A stretch of 64,000 nt of DNA, from positions 29,866 to 93,865 of the IMG/VR virus record IMGVR_UViG_3300021171_000005, one strand, 5' to 3'. Shown in pieces: positions 19,549 through 29,545 of this stretch; within the stretch, counting starts at the first letter, position 1; each line of letters opens with the position of its first letter. The notes beneath the pieces were generated by a model. It was not told where the DNA came from. It did not search any database and worked only from the letters and a program-made list of their open reading frames with translations. The stretch comes from a virus. The position numbers and the translations under genes are program-made.

Positions 19549-20286
19549 ATGGCGACACCTACGGGCATGGCGCAGATTAAGGGTGGATTGTTTCAGGACC
19601 TAGAAGGCTCCCCGCTTTCTAATGGCACCCTGCTTATTGAACTCAGCCATGACTGCAATTTAGGCAGTGTTCCTGAGCAAGTGGTTGCGGGGCTCAAGCG
19701 AATTGTCACGCTGGATACTAACGGAAATATTCCAAGTAATCCGCCAACGTATTTGTTTATTAATTCGTTGCTTACACCCGCAGGTAGTTACTATATTGTT
19801 CGGGGCTTTAAGAGCGACGGCACCAACGCTTTTGGACCGCAGTTTTGGGTGATATCCACCGATCCAACCGACGTAGGCACTTTGATTCCTACTAATCCGC
19901 CGGGCGGTATTCCGATTGTAGCGGCGGCGACACGAGTTGCATCGTTCAATTTTCAAGTTGATGGCGGCGGTTCTGCGATTACAACCGGCGCAAAAGGACA
20001 GTGGTCAGTTCCGACCGCTTGTACGGTGACCGGGTGGGTTTTAACAGCGGATCAATCTGGCTCCTGTGTAATAGACGTTTTGCGCTCGACGTATGCGGGG
20101 TTTCCTACGACTGTCAGTATTGCCTCGACCGACAAGCCAACTTTAAGTTCGGCGCAGAAAAATGAGAACCTTGCGTTAAGTGTTTGGACGACGGCTCTCG
20201 CACAGGGTGACGAACTCCAAATAAATGTCAATTCGGCCTCTACGGTGACCCGCGTAAATCTTAGTATTTTGGTTTCGATTCCGTGA
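19549..20286 (+). CDS. Tail fibre/adaptor protein
   Basis: N-terminal domain paralogous to 21014; C-terminal DGGGSAITTG...GDEL domain. Confidence 0.55.
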   Translation: MATPTGMAQIKGGLFQDLEGSPLSNGTLLIELSHDCNLGSVPEQVVAGLKRIVTLDTNGNIPSNPPTYLFINSLLTPAGSYYIVRGFKSDGTNAFGPQFWVISTDPTDVGTLIPTNPPGGIPIVAAATRVASFNFQVDGGGSAITTGAKGQWSVPTACTVTGWVLTADQSGSCVIDVLRSTYAGFPTTVSIASTDKPTLSSAQKNENLALSVWTTALAQGDELQINVNSASTVTRVNLSILVSIP

Positions 20287-21011
20287 GTATCGCCCTAGTA
20301 CAATCTACGCTCGGCGGCCATACCACATCCTCAAGTAACGGCAGCATATCTTGTACTGGAAATTTTTCTTCAAATACAACAAGCGGCAATTTTCTTATGG
20401 CCGCGTGCTGGTTCACTAGCAGTAATGCAACTCAACCGGGACCACCCACTTTATCCACATCTGGACAAGGTGCGGGATTTTGGACACAGCTCGGCGGCTC
20501 CGCAGGCGCGGATGGCGGCACTCTTTGGAAGGGAAAAACGCTTATTGGAATAGTTCCTAATGCCCCTGCCATCTCTTCTGGAACCGCGACAACTTTTAGC
20601 TATGCTTCCGGCGGCAATGGTGGAACTAAAACAGTAGAATTTGCATTATTTGAATTCTCCGGAGTGTCTCAAACTGCGGGGGCAGGCGGTGTGGATAATA
20701 GCGGTAACACGTCCGGGGCGGCGAGTACTCCCAATCCCGGCAATCTTACCACTACAGCTTCAGATTTATTAGTGGCTATTTATGCTGGGGAAACTGGTTT
20801 GATCTCTGCGGGGTCGGGATACGCTCTAGGACCAAATCCCGTCGCAGTTCAGTTCGGACAAGTGCAGTATGCTTTAAACGTAACCGCAGGAACAATAGCT
20901 ACTGCTTTCTCTGGAGGAACCGAAACGCAGTGGGGCGCGGCAGCTATTGCGTTTTTACCCAGCGTACCGAGCAGTAGTGGCAATAATTCATATGGATTCT
21001 ATTTCGGATAA
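20283..21011 (+). CDS. Fibre/receptor-binding-like protein
   Basis: IALVQS...GN.L.A...EFSGV pattern; Ser/Thr/Gly-rich. Confidence 0.5.
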   Translation: MSIALVQSTLGGHTTSSSNGSISCTGNFSSNTTSGNFLMAACWFTSSNATQPGPPTLSTSGQGAGFWTQLGGSAGADGGTLWKGKTLIGIVPNAPAISSGTATTFSYASGGNGGTKTVEFALFEFSGVSQTAGAGGVDNSGNTSGAASTPNPGNLTTTASDLLVAIYAGETGLISAGSGYALGPNPVAVQFGQVQYALNVTAGTIATAFSGGTETQWGAAAIAFLPSVPSSSGNNSYGFYFG

Positions 21012-21013
21012 AT

Positions 21014-22207
21014 ATGCCCGTACCTAATCTCCAGCTCACCGGCGGACACTTTCAGGACGAGTTTGGCTCGCCACTGAGTTTTGGATATATTTTACTGGAA
21101 TTGAGCCACGATGCTAAGGAAACTACTGATCCGGGAACTGTTTCCGGAGCGCTTAAGAAAACAATCAATCTTGATATAAATGGCAGTATCCCCAGCAATC
21201 CACCGGTTTTGCTATGGGATAATGCCGATCTTCTACCCAGCGGCACCTTCTACATCGTTCGCTGGTTCAAGCAAGACGGCACGGAAGCCTCTAAATACCC
21301 GCAGTACTGGCAGTTAACGGCCTCCCCGAACCCCTTAGACGTAGGAACGATCATTCCCGTCAATCCGCCCGGTGGATTAATTGGTGGGGGCGGTAGTGGC
21401 ACAGTAACCAGCGTCGGCCTCGTCATGCCCGCCGAATTTACGGTTTCCGGAAGCCCTGTTACGAGTTCCGGAACTATAACAGTTACAAAGGCTAATGAGA
21501 CGGCCAATACATTATTTGCGGGGCCGGGTAGTGGCGCAGCCGCCGCGCCAACATTCAGAACACTCGTAGTCAATGATTTCAATTCTGGAACAGGCGCAAC
21601 GTCTTCTACCTTTTGGCGGGGCGACGGCACTTGGGCTGCCACCGGAGTCTCGCTAGCTACTGCGGGACAAGGCGGATTTTTCGGACCCGGACTATTCATA
21701 GACGGGTCACAGATGGATCAAATTGGCGTTACCTCCGCTACAGTTGTGAACGCCAATAACCAAGTTCGCGTCACGCAATTCGTTCTCGCGTACTCTATCA
21801 CGATTCGAAATATCAGCACTGCGGTTTCGAACAACGTAGCGGCGAATTCGATCACATTCGGTATTTATAATATGTCCGGAAACAAGTTACTGGATTCCGG
21901 CACATTTGCTATAGCTACTTCTCCGACCATACAGACAAATACTCTTGGTAGCCCCGTGACACTGAGCCCCGGAGTATATTGGCTTGCTCAATCCTCGACT
22001 ACGAACTCCGGTTGCACGGTGTTAGGTATCCAGCCGTCTGATGATACGAAACACGGCGAGATCATGTATAACACGAACTCAGTTCGATACGGGACGGCGG
22101 CGAACGCTGCATCCTTCGGAGTGCTCCCGGCAACTCTCGGAACCGTGACCTCACACTTGCCGAATACCGACGGTGTGGGTATTTCTTGTCCGTTCTTCGA
22201 ACCATAA
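21014..22207 (+). CDS. Tail fibre protein
   Basis: GSGTVTSV...SGTIT...AGP...PTFR...FWRGDGTW fibre motifs; LSPGVYWLA C-terminal domain. Confidence 0.65.
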   Translation: MPVPNLQLTGGHFQDEFGSPLSFGYILLELSHDAKETTDPGTVSGALKKTINLDINGSIPSNPPVLLWDNADLLPSGTFYIVRWFKQDGTEASKYPQYWQLTASPNPLDVGTIIPVNPPGGLIGGGGSGTVTSVGLVMPAEFTVSGSPVTSSGTITVTKANETANTLFAGPGSGAAAAPTFRTLVVNDFNSGTGATSSTFWRGDGTWAATGVSLATAGQGGFFGPGLFIDGSQMDQIGVTSATVVNANNQVRVTQFVLAYSITIRNISTAVSNNVAANSITFGIYNMSGNKLLDSGTFAIATSPTIQTNTLGSPVTLSPGVYWLAQSSTTNSGCTVLGIQPSDDTKHGEIMYNTNSVRYGTAANAASFGVLPATLGTVTSHLPNTDGVGISCPFFEP

Positions 22208-22266
22208 GACTCTACGGCCCAAATCCCCTGCGAGGCCGATAAATCAATCCTAAGGATATTCTGGCC

Positions 22267-22542
22267 ATGCAAGATTCCACCCCTTTTGCGTGGGCAGTCG
22301 ATCATATTCAGTTGATTGGCTGGCCCGCAGTGTGTATTGCTGTTTATAAATTTGCGCGATTTTTGGATCAAATGCAACATCGCGCAGCCGTTGTAGAAGA
22401 TAACGTAAATTCAATGGCGTCAAATCACTTCCCGCATATGGAAGCCTCATTAAATTCCATCGATGAAACATTACAACGGCAAGAAACTAGATGGGAAGCT
22501 TGGCTGACCGCGCAAGCCGCACACAATCGTAAAGATTCTTAA
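22267..22542 (+). CDS. Small membrane / holin-like protein
   Basis: One transmembrane segment followed by a coiled coil containing NHxxH. Confidence 0.4.
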   Translation: MQDSTPFAWAVDHIQLIGWPAVCIAVYKFARFLDQMQHRAAVVEDNVNSMASNHFPHMEASLNSIDETLQRQETRWEAWLTAQAAHNRKDS

Positions 22543-22561
22543 TTGTCCACATCTGGACAAA

Positions 22562-23056
22562 CTATAGTTTATTGAGGCAGGCAAACTCCCCGAAATATTT
22601 AATTGCAGCTTCGTTATAGGCGCGGGCGGCGTCAACCTCATTATCAAAATATCCAAGATGCAGATTCTTTTTACTTCCATCGTTTAACCAAATAACGGAA
22701 CGCCATCTGCCCTTCTGTTGCGTAACGCCTTTAAATTTGGAGTGGGTATTTGATCTAGTTTTCCGTTTATTTCTAGAATTCTCGTGCGCTTTGGAGAGCC
22801 GCATATTCTCTTTTCGACAGTCCAGCGCATTATGATTGATATGATCAACATAAATACGAGAATCAGTTACGTTCATAATAAATCTGTGTAGTCGAATTTC
22901 CTTCTTCTTGCCGGGACTGATGTATTGCCCGCGATGAGCATAAATCATTCTGCTGTGCGGAGCGATTAGCACAGACCAGTGGTATTGTGACACTCGTTCA
23001 TAATCTTCATCATCAACAATTGCTTCGTAGCCTTGCGTTAACGGTATTCTTTTCAT
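22562..23056 (-). CDS. HNH-AP2 homing endonuclease, inserted antisense
   Basis: IPLTQG..AIVDDED; VDHINHNALD; SKFKGV...LGYF..E..AARAYN..A..YFGEFA. Confidence 0.9.
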   Translation of the reverse strand: MKRIPLTQGYEAIVDDEDYERVSQYHWSVLIAPHSRMIYAHRGQYISPGKKKEIRLHRFIMNVTDSRIYVDHINHNALDCRKENMRLSKAHENSRNKRKTRSNTHSKFKGVTQQKGRWRSVIWLNDGSKKNLHLGYFDNEVDAARAYNEAAIKYFGEFACLNKL

Positions 23057-23063
23057 ACCGCTA

Positions 23064-23092
23064 ATTATACCACACAAAACTCATTCTTTCAA
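23064..23092 (-). promoter_or_regulatory. Sigma70 promoter, probably leaderless, for the HNH-AP2 gene
   Basis: TTGAAA-17-TATAAT with extended TG; ATG 7 nt after the -10 box. Confidence 0.7.
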
Positions 23093-23113
23093 CTATTAAA
23101 AAGGACCAATTTT

Positions 23114-23386
23114 ATGGGCTATCAGTTTTATCCGTTTAAATGTACGCAAGTTACTGTTACCGGAACCGCCACGCAATTAGTGGCAGCAAATGCCTCGCGA
23201 TCTGGATTTCAAGTTGTAAATACCAGCACCACGGACGTTTATCTAGGCGAGTCGAATGTCACTACATCGACAGGGCATCTTCTGACTGGTACGAAGGGCG
23301 CAAGTATTGGGTTCGCAACCACACAGGCTGTTTACGGAATCACTAGCGGTGCTTCCGAAGTAGTCACGATTCTGGAGACGTTCTAG
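23114..23386 (+). CDS. Small virion decoration / spike-base-like protein
   Basis: AANASRSGFQVVN.....VYLG...V....G..L motif. Confidence 0.5.
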   Translation: MGYQFYPFKCTQVTVTGTATQLVAANASRSGFQVVNTSTTDVYLGESNVTTSTGHLLTGTKGASIGFATTQAVYGITSGASEVVTILETF

Positions 23387-23388
23387 AT

Positions 23389-24498
23389 ATGAACAAACAA
23401 TATACTGTTCCTACTGGAAATACTCCGGGTTCTGGCGGCGGGGGCGGAGGAAGCGGCACCGTAACGTCCGTGTCCATGACCGGGGACGGAACCGTACTTA
23501 ATTCTGTAGTTCCCGGTTCTCCGGTAACGACTTCCGGTACTTTGGCCCCTACTCTCGCAAACGCGGGGGGCGGCACAGTATTAGGAAATAATACTACGTC
23601 GTCTGCAGCTCCTGCTTATACGACCGCGCCTGTGTTGGGAATCCCCGGTACGTCCACTGGTTCCATAGCTTTGGCGTCTTCCACTGCTTCGGGTAAATAT
23701 ACAATTACCGCTCCCGCAAATGCGGCGACCCCGACGCTAACGTTGCCAACGGGAACGGGAACATTTGCTGTTACCGCATCTGCGCCAATTGTCCTGAATG
23801 CGACCACTGGGGCATTGACCGCTCCGACCGCAGTTACATCTGCTGCATCGTTGACTTCGAATGCAGTGGTTCTTGGCGGGGGTGGGCAAGCAACTTCTAC
23901 TCAGACTTTTTTAACCACAGATGGTGCGGCCAAGCTCACTGTCGGTGTGATTGGCGGTGGAAATGGTGTGTTGGCGCTGGCGGGTAATACTAGCGGAACC
24001 GCGACATTCACTGCTCCGGCAGTCGCGGGTACTTCTAACAATCCCGTAGCAGTAAGCAATATTTTAACCGGACCCGATGGAGGGCTGACCACTCCGACTT
24101 ACGGGTTCACGAATTCAACGAGCATAGGCATGTCGCAGAGCGGCGGCTCGATGAACCTCAATTCCGCCAGCAACATCAATCTTGCCTCCGGTGGCTCGAT
24201 CCTGTGGCAGTTTCAGGGCGGCGGCGATTTCCTATTTAACAAAGGGAAAGGAGCACACATCCGTACCCAAGCGGCTAACAATGATATGGCCGGTACCCTC
24301 ACTTCCGGTTCAGGCACAACGGTATCTGCCACGTTTACCACCAATTATACATCTACTCCTGCCATCGTGATCACTCCTACTACTGCTGGAATCACGTCTG
24401 CCATCATTACCTCTCAATCGAATTCAGGATTTACGATAACTTACGCTCCTAGCGGAGCCGCTACGTTTAACTATCTCGTTATTGGTAATCCTAATTAG
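23389..24498 (+). CDS. Tail or head fibre protein
   Basis: GSGTVTSV motif; G/T/S-rich; C-terminal F...Y...P.IV.T lectin-like end. Confidence 0.6.
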   Translation: MNKQYTVPTGNTPGSGGGGGGSGTVTSVSMTGDGTVLNSVVPGSPVTTSGTLAPTLANAGGGTVLGNNTTSSAAPAYTTAPVLGIPGTSTGSIALASSTASGKYTITAPANAATPTLTLPTGTGTFAVTASAPIVLNATTGALTAPTAVTSAASLTSNAVVLGGGGQATSTQTFLTTDGAAKLTVGVIGGGNGVLALAGNTSGTATFTAPAVAGTSNNPVAVSNILTGPDGGLTTPTYGFTNSTSIGMSQSGGSMNLNSASNINLASGGSILWQFQGGGDFLFNKGKGAHIRTQAANNDMAGTLTSGSGTTVSATFTTNYTSTPAIVITPTTAGITSAIITSQSNSGFTITYAPSGAATFNYLVIGNPN

Positions 24499-24499
24499 T

Positions 24500-25819
24500 A
24501 TGGCAACCCCAAAACCATTCACAAAGCAATCGATAGTAACAACTTCTGACCAAGATGCCCTTCAAATTAAGGACATTAAAGGAGATGTTGTTGGCTGGAT
24601 TGATTCGTCCGGAACTGGACAGGGTAATTTGGCGAGTGGAGGCGGCGGTGGAACTCCCAGTGGATCAAATACTCAAATACAATTCAACGATTCGGGTTCG
24701 TTCGGCGGCAATGCAAATTTTGCTTTCAACAAAAGTGTGAACACAGTTGGAGGCGTAGGAATTGGGCCGGGTAATACTCCGGGTCAAATTGATCCTATTT
24801 CTGGCGAAACTTCAGGCCCGACCGGTACATCAATCCTCGATGTTACTCAAAGTATATCATCGTCTTCGTTGCCCAATAATACAAGTGCAACATTAGTTAG
24901 TGGCATCGAGGCAAATCCATCGGCTGATAGTAGTAATACATATTTCGCCTTATGGAACATCGCCTCTTCGAAATCCACTAATACTCACGCAATTAGTCAA
25001 ATTGTCGCGCAGCTAGTTGAAGCTGATCATCTTGGTAGTGGGGCTGTTACAAATATTATTGGCGTAACTGGAGGCGCGTTCAACGACAGTTCAGGTAGCG
25101 TCGCCTCTATAGCGGGATTACTTTATTCAGCCCAAAATACGGGTAGCGGCCCTGCCACAAGCGTAACAGGAATATTAATTGAGAGTACCGGAGCGGCGGG
25201 TTCCGGAACTGTTACAAATAATTATGGAATTCGTGTTGCCAGTCCCTCAACCGCTGCGGTAGTTTCTCACAACTACGGTCTTCGGATAGAAGATCAAACA
25301 GGCGGAGGGGGCAATAACCCAGATACTTGGGCAATTTTCGTCGCTGCAGCAGCGGATAAGAGTCAACTTGGCATCGTTCAGATGCAGGGTGCTCTTACCA
25401 AATATAATAATATTTCAACAGTTGCAAACGGCATTCCATCCATATACGGACAAGCGAATCTTACTGCGCAAGGGGCGAATGTAGCGGCAACGACATTATA
25501 CGCGGTCCCCGCTTCCGGAACCGGTATTTACGAAATAACTGTTTATATTGTTGTATCGCAGCCGGGAACAAATTCATCCACTTTGCCGGATTCTCGCCTT
25601 ATCTATACTGATCAAGATTCCTCGGCCACAATTACAGTAAATGCGACGGCGTCAAGTACAGGCAATACCACATCAACCTTCCAACAGTTTACATTTGTGG
25701 TAAATGCAAAAGCCTCAACTAATATTCAATACGACATTGGCCAAGTTACCCCCTACGCCACATCCGGAGCAACCTCAATGCAATTTGCGTATAGAGCACG
25801 AGCGAAATATCTAGGCTAA
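24500..25819 (+). CDS. Fibre protein with C-terminal 'LTAQ' domain
   Basis: GSNTQIQFNDSGSFGG fibre motif; ANLTAQ...GIYEI...SSTL...MQF. Confidence 0.6.
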   Translation: MATPKPFTKQSIVTTSDQDALQIKDIKGDVVGWIDSSGTGQGNLASGGGGGTPSGSNTQIQFNDSGSFGGNANFAFNKSVNTVGGVGIGPGNTPGQIDPISGETSGPTGTSILDVTQSISSSSLPNNTSATLVSGIEANPSADSSNTYFALWNIASSKSTNTHAISQIVAQLVEADHLGSGAVTNIIGVTGGAFNDSSGSVASIAGLLYSAQNTGSGPATSVTGILIESTGAAGSGTVTNNYGIRVASPSTAAVVSHNYGLRIEDQTGGGGNNPDTWAIFVAAAADKSQLGIVQMQGALTKYNNISTVANGIPSIYGQANLTAQGANVAATTLYAVPASGTGIYEITVYIVVSQPGTNSSTLPDSRLIYTDQDSSATITVNATASSTGNTTSTFQQFTFVVNAKASTNIQYDIGQVTPYATSGATSMQFAYRARAKYLG

Positions 25820-27297
25820 TGACGATACAAATTCCTATTACTGGTTCGGGACTTCTCTCATCAACATCCGGTCTACAACTGTCTACGGGTTCGATTCCGG
25901 CGAATTCCGCCACTTCTGTTAATGGATTTGGGTCGTCGATCACTGTTGGTTTTGGTCTATCAAGTCCTTCAACACAAAATTATTTCGCGTTAACGTGCGC
26001 CAAAAATGGATGGGTTGGCACCAATAATGCAATTTCGGGAAGCGGCATCGCCGATCAAATTACAAGTATCAATGGAATTACCCAAGCTGTTGGAAACATA
26101 AATGTGGTTGAGACCGGCATAAACGACTCCTTTACCGGAGGATCGTCCGTCAGTTATCAGGCGCAATATCAGGCCGGATTGTTGTATGCTCTAGTTAGCG
26201 CCGGACTTCCTGATGTAAATAAATTCTGGGCAAATAATGCCGCTATTTCTTATGTAAATTGGTCGAGTAGTACTACGGTATTTGGCCAACCTTTTAAATT
26301 TACAAGTACTATCGGGGCGACTGCTACCGCAACTGTTAACGGTTCGGCAGTTTATGTTGGCGGACTGACTCAACAAACGAACGATTCTACATTATCTGTG
26401 ACCGTTGACGGAATAAATTACGGAAATATTGTCAATCAAGGCGCAAATGCCAGCCCTCTCAGCTCATTCAATTGGCCTTATGCTATAAGGATCGGCGGAT
26501 TGTTTCCGGGGCCGCACACCGTAGTGGTTACATACGCTTCCGGAACAAACAACGGCGGGATTAGTTTTATTGCCGGGAATGGCGGCTTGACCGCGAACGC
26601 GGGTAACGCTTTCAATCCCTCTGGGCCGTCCACATATGTTGTAAATGCAATTCAGGCGGCAAATAGAACGGGCTCCGGAGAAGCTCCCTATAATAATATT
26701 ATCAATATTGTTTCCAGTCAGCTAGCAAGAGATGGTGTTAACGTTGTTGTCGTTGACGCGGCTAGTGCGTTCAATGGAACACTCGCGGCAAATATAAACG
26801 CGGGTGCGTCAAATCACCCTAGCGCGGTGGGGCAGCAAGTTCTTGCAAATTCTCTTCAAGCTGTGTTGAGCCCAGCAGCTACCCCGATGGACCGGCAACG
26901 GGTTCCTGTCCTTGCTTCGCCATTTGAAGTTGCCTCCGTAAATCTTACGGCACAATCTGCCGCTATTTCTGCTACGACGATTGCGACCGCTTCCCAAACG
27001 GGCATGTACCGTATTTCTTGGTCGGCAGCGATTACTACTGCGGACGGTGTATCGTCTACATTGGGAGGAAGCAGCGGGTTTCAGATTTTATACACGTCTC
27101 CCACAGATAGTGTTTCAAAAACAACTGTATCAGGAAATAGTGTTACTTCGGCGGCGAATACAACTGGAACGGCATTAGGTGGAGAAATTGTCATTTATGC
27201 TCAAAACGGCACCGTTATCCAATATCAATACGGGTACACATCTAACACTCCGGGTCAGATGATTTATGAGCTGCATATAAAATTGGAAACAATGTGA
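25819..27297 (+). CDS. SGNH/GDSL hydrolase-domain virion protein with C-terminal 'LTAQ' domain
   Basis: FGSSIT (block I), ISGSG (II), GIND (III), HPSAVG (V). Confidence 0.7.
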   Translation: MTIQIPITGSGLLSSTSGLQLSTGSIPANSATSVNGFGSSITVGFGLSSPSTQNYFALTCAKNGWVGTNNAISGSGIADQITSINGITQAVGNINVVETGINDSFTGGSSVSYQAQYQAGLLYALVSAGLPDVNKFWANNAAISYVNWSSSTTVFGQPFKFTSTIGATATATVNGSAVYVGGLTQQTNDSTLSVTVDGINYGNIVNQGANASPLSSFNWPYAIRIGGLFPGPHTVVVTYASGTNNGGISFIAGNGGLTANAGNAFNPSGPSTYVVNAIQAANRTGSGEAPYNNIINIVSSQLARDGVNVVVVDAASAFNGTLAANINAGASNHPSAVGQQVLANSLQAVLSPAATPMDRQRVPVLASPFEVASVNLTAQSAAISATTIATASQTGMYRISWSAAITTADGVSSTLGGSSGFQILYTSPTDSVSKTTVSGNSVTSAANTTGTALGGEIVIYAQNGTVIQYQYGYTSNTPGQMIYELHIKLETM

Positions 27298-27575
27298 ACA
27301 ATAGTGGAATCTCCGCGTTGAGTCAGATCGTTCATAACGGGGATCAGACCTTCATTGTCCTATCAACTCCGGTTGACAATGAAGTCTTGTCAGAACTAAT
27401 TGATGGGATAACAACGAATTTTCCATTAGCTAATATACCGTCGATAGGATCAGTTCGAGTTTATTATAATTCAGGCCGTCAAGACCCGTCGCAATATTCG
27501 GTTCAGAATAACATCCTTATCTTGAACTTCACTCCGCAGCAAGGAGACACGCTTGTCATTGACTACCGCTATTAA
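27294..27575 (+). CDS. Small virion protein
   Basis: DG..TNF...VRVYYN.GRQ....Y.......F.P..GD.L..DY repeat-type domain. Confidence 0.55.
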   Translation: MNNSGISALSQIVHNGDQTFIVLSTPVDNEVLSELIDGITTNFPLANIPSIGSVRVYYNSGRQDPSQYSVQNNILILNFTPQQGDTLVIDYRY

Positions 27576-29283
27576 ATACGGATTAATTCTATTTTTCGCT
27601 ACGTGTCTCATGGCTCAGACTGCGAACACTGGAGCCAATGTTATCAATGTACGAAGTTATGGAGCCAAACCGGATGGTCAAGTTGCTACCGACTGTTCAA
27701 TGGCTGCTTCATCTACAACGCTGACTTGCAAAGCTTCCCATTTCGTCACAGCGGACGTTAATAAAGTAATTTCTGTGTATGACAGCGGTGCAACGCTAAA
27801 TGGTTTCATTCAGCCCCTAGCCACGACGATCTTAAGCGTTCAGAGCGGTACTCAAGTCACTCTCGCGGTCCAAGCTTCGAATTCTTCTTCCCCATCAAGC
27901 AGAGTCGTATGGGGAACGAATAACGACGTTCCATTCACGAATGCAATGAACGCCTGTGCGAGTCGTGGTGGCTGCGTATTCTCGATCCCAAAAGGTTTGT
28001 ATCTTACGCATGGACTCAGCCTTCCGTGTTCAACAATCGGCAATTTCACAAGTCTCGGCCTCGGAGTATGCACGCGGGCGTATAATAATATTGCGATTTG
28101 GGGCGACGGAACTGATGTTACGATACTAGAGAATTGGGAACCGGCAACATCATCTCTTGCGGTGATCTCTTTCGGCAGTCAAGCCGAGTTATCGCCGTAT
28201 AACGGTACTGTGAATCCGATTACCAATGTATCAGTACACGACATAACGCTCCGTCAAGTTAAAAACGCGACGAATCCTATCAAAAATCTTCGAGCCGACA
28301 ATACCGATGGTCTGATCGTCGATCATGTCAAAGCAATTGGAGGATCATATGAGGGATTCTACTTATCGGGGATTAACTACGATGCGAGCCATTTGTACGC
28401 GGCGGGGGTTGGGCTTGGGGGGCCAAAGAATTTTACTTCAACTTCGGCATTGAATCTAATTGGCGCGTGGGGAAGAGTTAGCGAAAGTTATGTAACCGAT
28501 TCAGGACAATGTATAGAGGCAGGGGGACCGCACGAGGAAATATGGCATATTGTGTGCGATGGCCGAGGACCCGACATTACTTCCGGTGTATCCCCTCATC
28601 TAGCAGTAAACATCTCATCGAATAGTTACGGAACGTGGGATGATCATGTTCACGACAATATTTTTGTAGCTTGGGCCGGAGAAGAATTCTTCAATCAATT
28701 AGGAAAATTTAAGGACTCTTCGTTCAATAATAATTTGATCATCGATGATACAGTCGGTTTGACTCTTGGTTCAGGTAAAGAAACGAACAATGTCAATGTT
28801 TATCCTGAGCAGACGATTGGTGCGCATGGTACTAGTTCTTGTTCGAATAATACATTCATCGTTACTTCCGCCGTTCATCCGGTAACATATTTCTTTCGTT
28901 TCGGCGACGGACTAAACCCGATGTTGGAAAACTGGACGTGCGACGGCAATAAAATTACCTACGCTACGCCCTTTTGTGACACCGCACCATATCAGCCAAC
29001 ATTTAATAGCTCTGATTGCAGCAATGGAGGAGTAACAACGATTCCGAATGGAATATTAAACGTGGGATCGATCTCCGGGATAGCTCAAATACGAATGTCC
29101 CATACGACAATTCAGGCTCCTTTAACTGCGTCTCCGTTCGGTACGATTGGTCAAGAAATCAATATTGTATCCGGAGTTCCGCTGAATCAGCTTTGGATAA
29201 CGGATTGGGAATATAATCTGTCAACTCGTAAAGTAATTGTTGGCGGCGGAGCGACAACTATACCCGCTACCATTTCCCAATAA
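27553..29283 (+). CDS. Pectate_lyase_3-like beta-helix tailspike/depolymerase
   Basis: INVRSYGAKPDG...AMNA...IPKGLY; N-terminal hydrophobic signal-like segment. Confidence 0.7.
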   Translation: MSLTTAIKYGLILFFATCLMAQTANTGANVINVRSYGAKPDGQVATDCSMAASSTTLTCKASHFVTADVNKVISVYDSGATLNGFIQPLATTILSVQSGTQVTLAVQASNSSSPSSRVVWGTNNDVPFTNAMNACASRGGCVFSIPKGLYLTHGLSLPCSTIGNFTSLGLGVCTRAYNNIAIWGDGTDVTILENWEPATSSLAVISFGSQAELSPYNGTVNPITNVSVHDITLRQVKNATNPIKNLRADNTDGLIVDHVKAIGGSYEGFYLSGINYDASHLYAAGVGLGGPKNFTSTSALNLIGAWGRVSESYVTDSGQCIEAGGPHEEIWHIVCDGRGPDITSGVSPHLAVNISSNSYGTWDDHVHDNIFVAWAGEEFFNQLGKFKDSSFNNNLIIDDTVGLTLGSGKETNNVNVYPEQTIGAHGTSSCSNNTFIVTSAVHPVTYFFRFGDGLNPMLENWTCDGNKITYATPFCDTAPYQPTFNSSDCSNGGVTTIPNGILNVGSISGIAQIRMSHTTIQAPLTASPFGTIGQEINIVSGVPLNQLWITDWEYNLSTRKVIVGGGATTIPATISQ

Positions 29284-29290
29284 GGAGCTT

Positions 29291-29545
29291 ATGATTAAAG
29301 CATACATTCAATCATTTCTGGCGTTCACTAAAAGCGTGTTTTCAGAAGAAGGGCAGGGCAGCTACAGCCGCGTGGCCGGTGGAGTGTTGATAGGCTTCAC
29401 CTGCGGATGGATAACATACCTAGTAATAAAAAACCACGCCATGCCCGATCTTACGGGGCCTGCGTGGTTTGTAACGGCTGCTTCTGGTGGTCTCTACGGG
29501 TTGAATAAAGGCGCTGATTTCATCTCCGCATTCAAAGGTAAATAG
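29291..29545 (+). CDS. Holin-like protein with two transmembrane segments
   Basis: GSYSRV plus two TM segments; AAGGAG RBS. Confidence 0.55.
   Translation: MIKAYIQSFLAFTKSVFSEEGQGSYSRVAGGVLIGFTCGWITYLVIKNHAMPDLTGPAWFVTAASGGLYGLNKGADFISAFKGK

Noticed and set aside
1-27297. Diversity-generating retroelement behind the repeated fibre domains
   Set aside because: No reverse transcriptase and no near-identical TR/VR pair differing at adenines; the paralogues are diverged throughout.
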